A DNA stretch of 64,000 nt from Thaumarchaeota archaeon UBA141 (GTDB lineage Archaea > Thermoproteota > Nitrososphaeria > Nitrososphaerales > UBA141). Position 1 is the stretch's first letter; each line of letters begins with the position of its first letter. The notes under the pieces were generated by a model, which saw only the letters and a list, made by a program, of their open reading frames with translations, was not told the origin of the DNA and did no database searches. Positions 1-7,820 of the stretch are shown in pieces. The stretch lies in the NCBI GenBank assembly GCA_002495315.1, contig DAEN01000040.1, forward strand, positions 51,553 to 115,552, read 5' to 3'. The position numbers were made by a program, and so were the translations under genes.

Positions 1-168
1 GAAGCGTATCAACACTTGCATGAGTTTTAAGGATTTTTCACATCTGTTGACGTTTACAAGTTTGTGGAGAGTTCTTCTTAAGACAACTTGGCCAATGCAA
101 GAAAGAGAATCTTCCTTCCGTTGGTTGTTTATCTTTTCATAAGGAGCTTGAAATTCGATATGTAATTA

Positions 169-198
169 TTTTAGGCCATTAATTTAAATGGCCTAAAA
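169..198. promoter_or_regulatory. Perfect 12-bp inverted repeat (TTTTAGGCCATT-N6-AATGGCCTAAAA) over a TATA-like AT-rich core, just upstream of the 213 ATG; candidate operator/promoter
   Basis: The arms at 169-180 and 187-198 are exact reverse complements. The loop and arms contain TTAATTTAAAT. The repeat ends 15 nt before the start codon, which would fit a leaderless or short-leader transcript. Confidence 0.4.
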
Positions 199-212
199 TC
201 CAGCTACAAGAC

Positions 213-848
213 ATGACAAAGGTCGAAATTTCTGACGAGGATAAATATGCAGCTCATATGTTCTGGCCTCCATCTCCTGTAGTTCTGATCTCATCAATAG
301 ATCGTCAGGGACTTCCTAACGTGGCTCCATTCTCACTAAATCAATTCTACAGTTATATCTCTAGCTATCCACAGGTTATAGTAGTTGGGATCGGAGGCCA
401 CACAGGAAAAATCTCTCTCGGGAAAAAACAAAAACGCACGTACCTCAACATAGCCGAAGTTAAAGACTTCGTAGTTAACATTCCGTCTGAAGGAGATGTC
501 GATAAGGTCTCTGCATTGTCAGTAGAAAAGGGACCATCATTTAACAAATTTGATGCTTCAGGGATGACCTCAATACCGTCACTGAAGGTCAAATCACCCT
601 CAGTTAGAGAATGCAAAGCTCACTTCGAGTGTCAACTGATAAAGATTGATGATTATGGTGGTCAAACCGATCTTATTTTCGGTAGGATTGTAGCTCTTAC
701 TGCTGACGAAGAGATCTCAAAGCTACGTCTTGACGAAAGATTGCAAAGAATGAAACCTCTGTACTACTATGGATCTGGTCCCGGTAAGGGTCTATACTAC
801 TCAGTTGGCCGCGTTGTTGGTGAACGGGATGATTCAAGAAATACGTAG
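213..848 (+). CDS. Flavin reductase-like (FMN-binding split-barrel) domain protein
   Basis: 211-aa ORF with an ATG start. The block FWPPSPVVLISS..GLPNVAPFS..VVGIG resembles flavin reductase-like domain proteins. Confidence 0.6.
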   Translation: MTKVEISDEDKYAAHMFWPPSPVVLISSIDRQGLPNVAPFSLNQFYSYISSYPQVIVVGIGGHTGKISLGKKQKRTYLNIAEVKDFVVNIPSEGDVDKVSALSVEKGPSFNKFDASGMTSIPSLKVKSPSVRECKAHFECQLIKIDDYGGQTDLIFGRIVALTADEEISKLRLDERLQRMKPLYYYGSGPGKGLYYSVGRVVGERDDSRNT

Positions 849-877
849 GTAGCAAAATCTACTAAGTTTCTCTATCA

Positions 878-1570
878 CTATCTGAGTGCTTTTTCAATGT
901 CATATATTGTCCGAGCGGTTACCACATGTGCCCCAAGGGATGAGGGATGGATTGATCTCTCGGAGGTTAGATAATTACTAATTCTGCTCGTGAAATGTCC
1001 CTTTGGAAAACCGCCAACAGCGATCATTGGTTTTTGACTTGAAATAACTTCTTGAGATAGTTGAGATCCAGAAATCAATTTTCCATGGGTAGTGAGTCCA
1101 ATGACAACAGAAGGAGAAGTTTGCATAACTAGTTCTTCAAAAGTTTGAGACCGAATCTGAATTAGTCTAGATGAGTTAACTCCAGAGATTAGATCTTGTC
1201 TAGTGCTTTCTTCAAAAGCTTGCTCAATTAGTCCTGCGAAACGGTGGTAGCTTTTCGGTAATCTGATATTCTTGTCGAAGGCGATAACAAAATCGTTGTA
1301 AGTGTGAACGTAGATTTGAAGCTTAGCTGTGAAAAAGAGAGGCGTATCGTTGGCCTCTAACAAAGAAAAGTGGACCAGATCAGGCCTGCCACGTCGTTCA
1401 GCATCTTTGAGTTGTAGCATTCCACCATGATGAAAGCTCCGATCGAGTAGGACGTGATTTGGATTCTTTCGTTTCTTTCTAACATAACGTTGAATACTTG
1501 GCAATGACCACATTTCCCTTGGAAGAGTTTCTAGAGCAGCTTCAACTAACACAAAGATTAACTCCTCCAA
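878..1570 (-). CDS. nep1: Ribosomal RNA small subunit methyltransferase Nep1 (Emg1 family, SPOUT)
   Basis: 230 aa. The N-terminus IFVLVEAALE and the RGRPDLVHFSLL block are typical of Nep1. The start is TTG. Confidence 0.8.
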   Translation of the reverse strand: MEELIFVLVEAALETLPREMWSLPSIQRYVRKKRKNPNHVLLDRSFHHGGMLQLKDAERRGRPDLVHFSLLEANDTPLFFTAKLQIYVHTYNDFVIAFDKNIRLPKSYHRFAGLIEQAFEESTRQDLISGVNSSRLIQIRSQTFEELVMQTSPSVVIGLTTHGKLISGSQLSQEVISSQKPMIAVGGFPKGHFTSRISNYLTSERSIHPSSLGAHVVTARTIYDIEKALR

Positions 1571-1609
1571 CTGGTTATCCTAACAAGATAATCGAGCGGT
1601 GCTTAATCA

Positions 1610-1912
1610 ATGCGTGGGAGGAAAGCTAGATTAAGAGATTCGGCTAGACAACGCGTTGATATTCTTCTCACCAACTCTGTAGATTACGCTCATAGGGATA
1701 TCATCATAGCAAGTAGACAGGCAGAAATTGCGAGAAGAATTTGCCTAAAATATAATCTCCGTCTTCCTTATGAGCAACGACGACTCTTCTGTCGTGGGTG
1801 TAAAAAATTGATAGTTCCTGGAATAAATTCTCGGATTCGAATTCACAATCACCCAAAATCACTGCTAACAACATGTATACGATGCGGACATATTTCACGA
1901 AAAATATTCTAA
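1610..1912 (+). CDS. rnp4: RNase P protein component 4 (Rpp21/Rnp4)
   Basis: 100-aa basic protein with a helical N-terminal half and a C-terminal zinc ribbon (CRGCKK...CIRCGH). Confidence 0.8.
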   Translation: MRGRKARLRDSARQRVDILLTNSVDYAHRDIIIASRQAEIARRICLKYNLRLPYEQRRLFCRGCKKLIVPGINSRIRIHNHPKSLLTTCIRCGHISRKIF

Positions 1913-2045
1913 GGGCTATAATAATCCCAAAGTCTTTCTAACAGGTTAGACGAAGTTGGTCTCAGAAATCAATAATACCAATAATGATTACAGTCGGAAC
2001 CCTTATGAGACCGAAGAAATTAGTTACTTCCGTTAGGGAAGACAT

Positions 2046-2504
2046 TTGGCTACGGTACAAGACGTTCCCGCGAATATATTGATCAAGCGACTGGCCGAAG
2101 AACTTCGGCGCAAGTATCCACAAGTGAATAGTCCTGGATGGGCGAGCTATGTTAAGACGGGCTCTCATGTCCAACGCCCTCCCCAGGATAAAGATTGGTG
2201 GTACACTCGTTCTGCCTCTATTTTGCGCAAAATTTATCTCCATGGCCCTATCGGGCATACAGATCTTCGATCACAGTATGGAGGTAGCTGGAGAGTGAGC
2301 TACGCTGCGAAACACCATCGGAATGCAGGTGGTTCCGCAATAGCAGAAGTTCTTCAACAACTGGAAGGAGCGGGACTAGTTGCCAAAGAAGCTAGCAAAG
2401 GAAGGACGGTCACCTCTCGAGGAAGAAGCTTTCTTGATCGACTGAGTAACGAGATATTTAAAACACTGGCGAAAGTAGATCCTAGACTAGAGAAGTATTC
2501 ATAA
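2046..2504 (+). CDS. rps19e: 30S ribosomal protein S19e
   Basis: 152 aa. ATVQDVPANILIKRLAEEL...WWYTRSASILRKIYL matches the S19e pattern. The start is TTG. Confidence 0.9.
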   Translation: MATVQDVPANILIKRLAEELRRKYPQVNSPGWASYVKTGSHVQRPPQDKDWWYTRSASILRKIYLHGPIGHTDLRSQYGGSWRVSYAAKHHRNAGGSAIAEVLQQLEGAGLVAKEASKGRTVTSRGRSFLDRLSNEIFKTLAKVDPRLEKYS

Positions 2505-2536
2505 CAACTTGCGAAATGGGTGCGAGGGTTACATAG

Positions 2537-2824
2537 TTGGAAACCACATCTGGAGCCGACAATCAGCCTCAGAGAAACGAAGAGGTAGAGAAACAACGTC
2601 TGATCAGAGAACAAATGCTTAGAGTTCTATTAACATCTGATGCTCGCGATCGACTTAACAACGTAAGGATTGTTAAACCAGAAATTGCCAAGAGCATAGA
2701 AAGTCAATTAATGCAACTAGCGAGTACAGGCCGTGTTAAGCGTCCGATTAACGACGACGAGCTTAAGGAGCTATTGTCCTCATTTCAACAACCAAAACGA
2801 GATTTCAAGATAAAGTGGGTGTAA
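2537..2824 (+). CDS. DNA-binding protein, PDCD5/TFAR19 family
   Basis: 95 aa. [31 protein letters not shown] is the conserved core of archaeal PDCD5-like proteins. It holds the usual position between S19e and L39e. Confidence 0.75.
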   Translation: METTSGADNQPQRNEEVEKQRLIREQMLRVLLTSDARDRLNNVRIVKPEIAKSIESQLMQLASTGRVKRPINDDELKELLSSFQQPKRDFKIKWV

Positions 2825-2829
2825 TAGAA

Positions 2830-2988
2830 ATGACATCACGACTCCCCGGTGGCGTTAAGAAGAGACTCATGTCAAAAAATAGACAAAACTCTCCAGTCCC
2901 TACATGGGTTACTGTTCGGACGAAGCGGAAAGTGCGTACTAATCCAAAAAGAAGAATGTGGCGGCGGAAAAAGTTGAAGGTGAAGTAA
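2830..2988 (+). CDS. rpl39e: 50S ribosomal protein L39e (below the ORF-track size cut-off)
   Basis: Hand translation gives 52 aa: [52 protein letters not shown]. This is a very basic L39e-like sequence. Its TAA stop overlaps the L31e ATG (TAATG). Confidence 0.85.
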   Translation: MTSRLPGGVKKRLMSKNRQNSPVPTWVTVRTKRKVRTNPKRRMWRRKKLKVK

Positions 2989-3419
2989 TGTCGTCACAAG
3001 AGAAGACCTCTACCTCCAGGATTTACACAGTCCCCTTAGGTCGTGCGTGGGTATCTCCACGACGACATCGGACCAAGCGAGCCATTAACATGATTCGCGA
3101 ATTCGCGATGCGACATATGAAATCTTCAGAAGTAAAAATCGACCAGGGCCTTAGCGAAGAGATCTGGAGTCGAGGAATCGAAAAACCTCCGCGCCGAATT
3201 ACTGTTAAGATGGATAAGGGAGAAGACGGTATTGTTACAGTTTCTCATCTACCAATTGATAATAAAACAACAATAAAGGAATCAAAGCCAGCTTCACAAG
3301 CTGAAGTAAAGGAATCAAAGCCAGCTTCACAAGCTGAAGTAAAGGATACAGTGACAGATTCCGAGACCGAGGGCGTCTCTAAAGACTCTTCTTCACTCGA
3401 GCAAGGTAAGTCGGGGTAG
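2988..3419 (+). CDS. rpl31e: 50S ribosomal protein L31e with a ~55-aa low-complexity C-terminal extension
   Basis: From ATG 2988: [21 protein letters not shown]...RRHRTKRAINMIREF..IWSRGIEKPPRRI is the L31e core. The track ORF starts at an upstream in-frame GTG (2958) that lies inside L39e. The tail holds a repeated KESKPASQAEV. Confidence 0.85.
   Translation: MSSQEKTSTSRIYTVPLGRAWVSPRRHRTKRAINMIREFAMRHMKSSEVKIDQGLSEEIWSRGIEKPPRRITVKMDKGEDGIVTVSHLPIDNKTTIKESKPASQAEVKESKPASQAEVKDTVTDSETEGVSKDSSSLEQGKSG
3276..3341 (+). repeat. Perfect 33-bp tandem duplication (2 copies plus a 5-nt partial third) inside the L31e tail
   Basis: AAGGAATCAAAGCCAGCTTCACAAGCTGAAGTA occurs at 3276-3308 and again at 3309-3341. 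It is in frame and encodes KESKPASQAEV twice. Confidence 0.95.
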
Positions 3420-4457
3420 ACTTTCATCGACGAATGAATCCATGCTATCATCAATCTCTTTGCCCTTCAAAACCTCGGATAAAGGATCGTAACTGTCGAA
3501 CTTGGTTCTACTTAATCCAGAAGCTAGAAGAACAGCAGTCGTACTTGATTTACTATTTGTACTCAAGCCGTATTGTACTCCAACCTTTCCGCGTCCCAGT
3601 AGTGAATGTACGTGGGCCACAGAACTGGCCACGTCGGCAGTAGATATCGACGCATCGCTTGAAAGATGAAGAATCGCACTCTCCGCATCATCGATATTTC
3701 CAATTTGGCCAACAGATTGGATAGCTTCCATAACTGCTGCTTCTACTCGATTGAGTGCTGTGGAGGAACCAAGGCCTAGGACAGAATAGCCTGTAGAAGA
3801 GTTCGTTTCTGCAACCTTGGCTAACCCAACATTCTGAGGTCCATTAGTCGTAGATGTAAGGAGCGCACTGAGCGCTGCCACTATCTTGGTGTTTATGGCT
3901 GCATATGCTGACAAAAGAGGTGTCCGCGGTGAGTATTCTAAGAACATATCATTATCAATTGCAATGACCGCATCTGCCAATTTCTTCAGTTTATTCAAAG
4001 AAAGTGCAGAGTAGAAGTGGCGACTTTTCTCGAACTTGAAGGGCATAACTACGACTGCAACTAACATTTTTCCACAATCATGAACTATTTGGCTTATTGC
4101 TGGAGTAAGAGCAGATCCAACCGTTCCGCCAAGACCTGAAACTATGATAACTACACCTGCGTCGCTAAGCATATTTCGAATTTGATTGAGGTGGCTGTGA
4201 GCTAATCCGCGAACGGAACTGACAGACATTCTCCCTCGAAAAGGGAGATCAACCAGAATCTTATCAGCCTGTTGAGAATCAGAGAAATCTTCCTTATCGG
4301 TACTCACCATAAGGAACTGATGAATAGGAACTTTAGCGCTTACAATTTCCGTTCCAATCCGGCAACCAGCAGTACCTATACCGATGCAGATCGTCTTTTC
4401 TGATGATACCATCTTTGTAGGTTCACTTGAGGGACTCTCCCATGTGGAGGCATTCAT
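3393..4457 (-). CDS. Divergent FtsZ/tubulin-superfamily protein (degenerate GTP-binding and T7 motifs)
   Basis: 354 aa and colinear with FtsZ. It has GIGTAGCRIG (vs GxGGGGxN), STD (vs NTD), SGLGGTVGS (vs GGGTG[ST]G), AIDNDMF (vs IPND) and NVGLAK (vs NxDFAD). Confidence 0.75.
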   Translation of the reverse strand: MNASTWESPSSEPTKMVSSEKTICIGIGTAGCRIGTEIVSAKVPIHQFLMVSTDKEDFSDSQQADKILVDLPFRGRMSVSSVRGLAHSHLNQIRNMLSDAGVVIIVSGLGGTVGSALTPAISQIVHDCGKMLVAVVVMPFKFEKSRHFYSALSLNKLKKLADAVIAIDNDMFLEYSPRTPLLSAYAAINTKIVAALSALLTSTTNGPQNVGLAKVAETNSSTGYSVLGLGSSTALNRVEAAVMEAIQSVGQIGNIDDAESAILHLSSDASISTADVASSVAHVHSLLGRGKVGVQYGLSTNSKSSTTAVLLASGLSRTKFDSYDPLSEVLKGKEIDDSMDSFVDESLPRLTLLE

Positions 4458-4482
4458 TAGACGTTCTTCTGTAAAGAATCAC

Positions 4483-5880
4483 TTAATTGCCATGCGACTG
4501 AAAAGGTTTAACCGATGCTGAATCTGTTTTCACACAATCTTCATTCTTCACAGTTCCAATAAGACAATTGCTTGATGTTGACATGACTTTGACCTTGACT
4601 TTCATGCCAAGCATGTCCCTTGACGACAATTGCAAGAAAACAGGCTTATACGCAAAGTTTCGCCCAATAAATCCTCCCCGTACCTTCTCATCAATGAGCA
4701 CAGATCCTTCATAACCTAACCATTGATCATTTTGTTTCTGCGAAATAGCTCGCACGATCTTATGAAGCGACTGCGTTCGTTCCTTTATAATCTCAGGACG
4801 CACTTGGACCATTTTGGCAGCTCTAGTTCCCATCCGAGGGCTAAATCGAGAGAGATTGACTGTATCTGGATGAACTGTTTTTAGTAGATTAACCGAAGAT
4901 TCAAAGTCCTCTTCCGTCTCTCCTGGAAAACCCACAATAATATCTGTGCTTAGAGCTATCTTCGGAAATTTGTTTCGAAAAGCAGATACTATATCGAGAA
5001 AATCTTCAGCACTGTGGCCTCGCGACATCGAACGAAGAATTTCATCGCTACCACTCTGAACTGGGAGGTGAAGAAATTTGAAAACTTTGGGACTGCGATA
5101 AGCTTCTATTAGGTTATGGTGAATCTTCATGATAAAGAGCGGATTCATCATTCCTACCCTTATGAGGAAGTCTCCTTTACTGTGAGTAACAGCAGTTACG
5201 AGATAAGCCATATTGGTACCTATGTCATGACCATACGGTCCATTATCTGTAGAAGTTAGCCAAATCTCTTTGTACCCCGTATTCACAGCTGTCTGAACTT
5301 GTTTGACGACCATTTTGGGGGAGAAGCTGGAGAGATGTCCCTTTGCCAACTTTGTTGCACAGAATGAGCAGTGACTCAGGCAACCTGTAGCTACTTGTAT
5401 TACATCTATGACTTTTGAGGTTCTAACCTTTGGAAGGAGAAGCTTAGGCCTAAGATCATCTTCAAGATGAAGAATTCTTTTGCCATTCAGACTACCATGA
5501 ACGACGTCCAGAGTTTTTTCTAGAGAACGAGGCCCAATCATCGAAGCTGATGGATCTAGTTTCTCAATGATCTCCTTTTCATTTTTCGGTAAACAACCGG
5601 CTACAATTAACGGCTTACCAGTCTTTGAGAGCTCTCGAATTCGATGTAACATTCTTTGCTCAGTGGCAGTTTTCACCGTGCAAGTAATGATGATATTGAG
5701 ATCAGGACTTGTATATTGACTATGAATGTCACCATGTCTTTCTACATGGAACTTAGCGTCACTTAGTATTCCTTTGACGATCTCAGAATCAGATAGACTT
5801 GCACTGCATCCATAGCTCTCAAGATGAATACTAGGAGTCTTGTCAGTCACTTGAGAATCATCACTGCGAGCCACCGCCAA
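4483..5880 (-). CDS. mtaB: tRNA methylthiotransferase, archaeal/eukaryotic MtaB (CDKAL1-like) radical SAM enzyme
   Basis: 465 aa. It has an N-terminal UPF0004-type domain (IHLESYGCSASLSDSE), a radical-SAM CLSHCSFCATK motif and a C-terminal TRAM-like region. The start (TTG 5880 or GTG 5874) lies inside the preceding gene. Confidence 0.8.
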   Translation of the reverse strand: MAVARSDDSQVTDKTPSIHLESYGCSASLSDSEIVKGILSDAKFHVERHGDIHSQYTSPDLNIIITCTVKTATEQRMLHRIRELSKTGKPLIVAGCLPKNEKEIIEKLDPSASMIGPRSLEKTLDVVHGSLNGKRILHLEDDLRPKLLLPKVRTSKVIDVIQVATGCLSHCSFCATKLAKGHLSSFSPKMVVKQVQTAVNTGYKEIWLTSTDNGPYGHDIGTNMAYLVTAVTHSKGDFLIRVGMMNPLFIMKIHHNLIEAYRSPKVFKFLHLPVQSGSDEILRSMSRGHSAEDFLDIVSAFRNKFPKIALSTDIIVGFPGETEEDFESSVNLLKTVHPDTVNLSRFSPRMGTRAAKMVQVRPEIIKERTQSLHKIVRAISQKQNDQWLGYEGSVLIDEKVRGGFIGRNFAYKPVFLQLSSRDMLGMKVKVKVMSTSSNCLIGTVKNEDCVKTDSASVKPFQSHGN

Positions 5881-6193
5881 TTGGAGGAAGAATTACAATC
5901 TCGTCTCCTCCCTTGAGAACAACCAGGCCAAATTTATCTTCCTCGACCGTCTGACCATTCACTAGTATTGTCAGACCTTCCCTCAAGCGATCATCTCTAA
6001 AGACAAACTCCTCAAGCTTAGATCCATGTGTCTGAACTATCTTTTTGATTGCTTGCTCTATAGTTATCCTCGGGCCAAGAACTATAATTTCCTCCTTCAT
6101 TCCCGTAATTTCCCGCATAATCGCAAAATATTTCACAGTTACTGAGCTCTGTCCCTCTTGCGAAGGTGAATTGTCATCTTTTCTAGTCGTCAT
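5861..6193 (-). CDS. MoaD/ThiS-family ubiquitin-fold protein (SAMP-like) ending in PPIGGGSQ
   Basis: VTVKYFAIMREITG...ILVNGQ...LKGGDEIVILPPIGG is a classic MoaD/ThiS beta-grasp pattern. The likely start is ATG 6193 (MTTRK...); the track ORF extends to 6241. Confidence 0.75.
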   Translation of the reverse strand: MTTRKDDNSPSQEGQSSVTVKYFAIMREITGMKEEIIVLGPRITIEQAIKKIVQTHGSKLEEFVFRDDRLREGLTILVNGQTVEEDKFGLVVLKGGDEIVILPPIGGGSQ

Positions 6194-6273
6194 GATCAAT
6201 TTCTTATAATTATCTGGATATGAAAAGATAGTACAAAACACAAAGCCTAGGGATCACATCTTACACCGCTACA

Positions 6274-7815
6274 TTACGTGTTTGACGTACTTGCAATGCG
6301 TATTTTCCGCCAATTCAAGCTAATACTGCGAGGATGTGAGGCTTGGACTTCATTTAGTCTGCCGACTGTTGTGAATTTGGGTCGAGCTCTTAATTCATTT
6401 GGATTACTGAGTGCTATTTCTCCAATACGATTCAGGGCTCCAGCATACGTATTTAGATTTTCCACAGCCTCAGTCTCTGTTGGCTCTATCATCATAGCTT
6501 CTTGGATGGTCAATGGGAAATAGATCGTTGGGGCATGCAATCCATCGTCAAGTAGAGACTTTGCTAGATCAGTTGCTCGTGTTCCGACTTTATCTCGTAA
6601 TGGTTTAGCACTAACCACAAACTCGTGCTTTCTGGGTAGTCCTTGGTTGTAAGGGAGATCATATGACTTTTTCGATAGTTTTTGCAGTAGGTAGTTGGCA
6701 GCTAAGACAGCCTGTCCCGAAACTTGTCTGAGCCCTTCTTCCCCTAACATCATGATGTATACATATGCTCTAAAAAGCACTCCTATGTTTCCATAGAAAT
6801 CTTTGATCTTTCCGATGCTTTTTGGCATGTTAGACTCGTCAAAAAAATAACGTTCACCATCATGTTCAATAAGAGGAATAGGAAGAAATTCCTCAAGCTC
6901 TTTCACTACTGCTACTGGACCAGCTCCGGGACCTCCACCGCCATGAGGAGTAGAAAAAGTCTTGTGAAGGTTCAAATGCACTATATCAAATCCCAGGTCA
7001 CAAGGTCTGACTCGACCAAGGAGTGCGTTCATATTTGCTCCATCATAGTACATGAGTCCTCCAGCATCATGGATTATTCCCGCGATTTGCTCAACGTTCT
7101 TCTCGAATAGACCATAAGTGTTGGGAACTGTGAGCATCATTCCAGCAGTATGTTTGGAAACTATGTTCTCGACTGCTTTAACGTCAACCAGTCCTTCTGT
7201 ATCAGAGGGGATTTTAACAACGTTGAATCCCGCGTTTGCTGCACTTGCTGGATTTGTTCCATGCGCGGAGTCGGGAACTAACATTTCATTACGGTCATTT
7301 TCTTCTCTCTCTTGGTTTCGCTTCTGCATTATTAGGGCGCCCACAAATTCTCCCTGGGCACCAGCAGCTGGTGCAAGAGATACCCGCTTAGCACCGCTAA
7401 TCTCTTCTAGCATCTTAGAAAGCTCGTACAGGATTTTCAGAATTCCCTGGACAGTTTCAGGAGATTGGTTGGGATGACTTCTCGTGATCTTAGGGTTTAT
7501 TGCAAGACATTCTGCGATCTTTGGATTGTATTTCATCGTACAGCTGCCAAGAGGATACATTCCTAGATCGACAGCAAAATTCATCTGAGAGAGACGAGTA
7601 AAATGCCTGACAACTTGAGGTTCTGATAGGGAAGGCAGGTCTAGGTCATTTTCTCTTTTCATGAGTTCAGGTATACAATTCAGGGCCTTTTTTTCTTCTG
7701 TTCCTTCTATTCTAGGAAGGGAATGTCCCAGTCTCCCTTTCTGGCTCTGCTCAATCAAGAGAGGTTCATTCCAGATTGCTTGTTGGTAGTGATTACGGGT
7801 GGTCATAATCATCAA
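6274..7815 (-). CDS. gcvPB: Glycine dehydrogenase (decarboxylating) subunit 2
   Basis: 513 aa with strong family resemblance (EPLLIEQSQKGR, HLNLHKTFSTPHGGGGPG PLP-lysine region). It lies 5 nt downstream of gcvPA. Confidence 0.9.
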   Translation of the reverse strand: MMIMTTRNHYQQAIWNEPLLIEQSQKGRLGHSLPRIEGTEEKKALNCIPELMKRENDLDLPSLSEPQVVRHFTRLSQMNFAVDLGMYPLGSCTMKYNPKIAECLAINPKITRSHPNQSPETVQGILKILYELSKMLEEISGAKRVSLAPAAGAQGEFVGALIMQKRNQEREENDRNEMLVPDSAHGTNPASAANAGFNVVKIPSDTEGLVDVKAVENIVSKHTAGMMLTVPNTYGLFEKNVEQIAGIIHDAGGLMYYDGANMNALLGRVRPCDLGFDIVHLNLHKTFSTPHGGGGPGAGPVAVVKELEEFLPIPLIEHDGERYFFDESNMPKSIGKIKDFYGNIGVLFRAYVYIMMLGEEGLRQVSGQAVLAANYLLQKLSKKSYDLPYNQGLPRKHEFVVSAKPLRDKVGTRATDLAKSLLDDGLHAPTIYFPLTIQEAMMIEPTETEAVENLNTYAGALNRIGEIALSNPNELRARPKFTTVGRLNEVQASHPRSISLNWRKIRIASTSNT

Positions 7816-7820
7816 ACATC

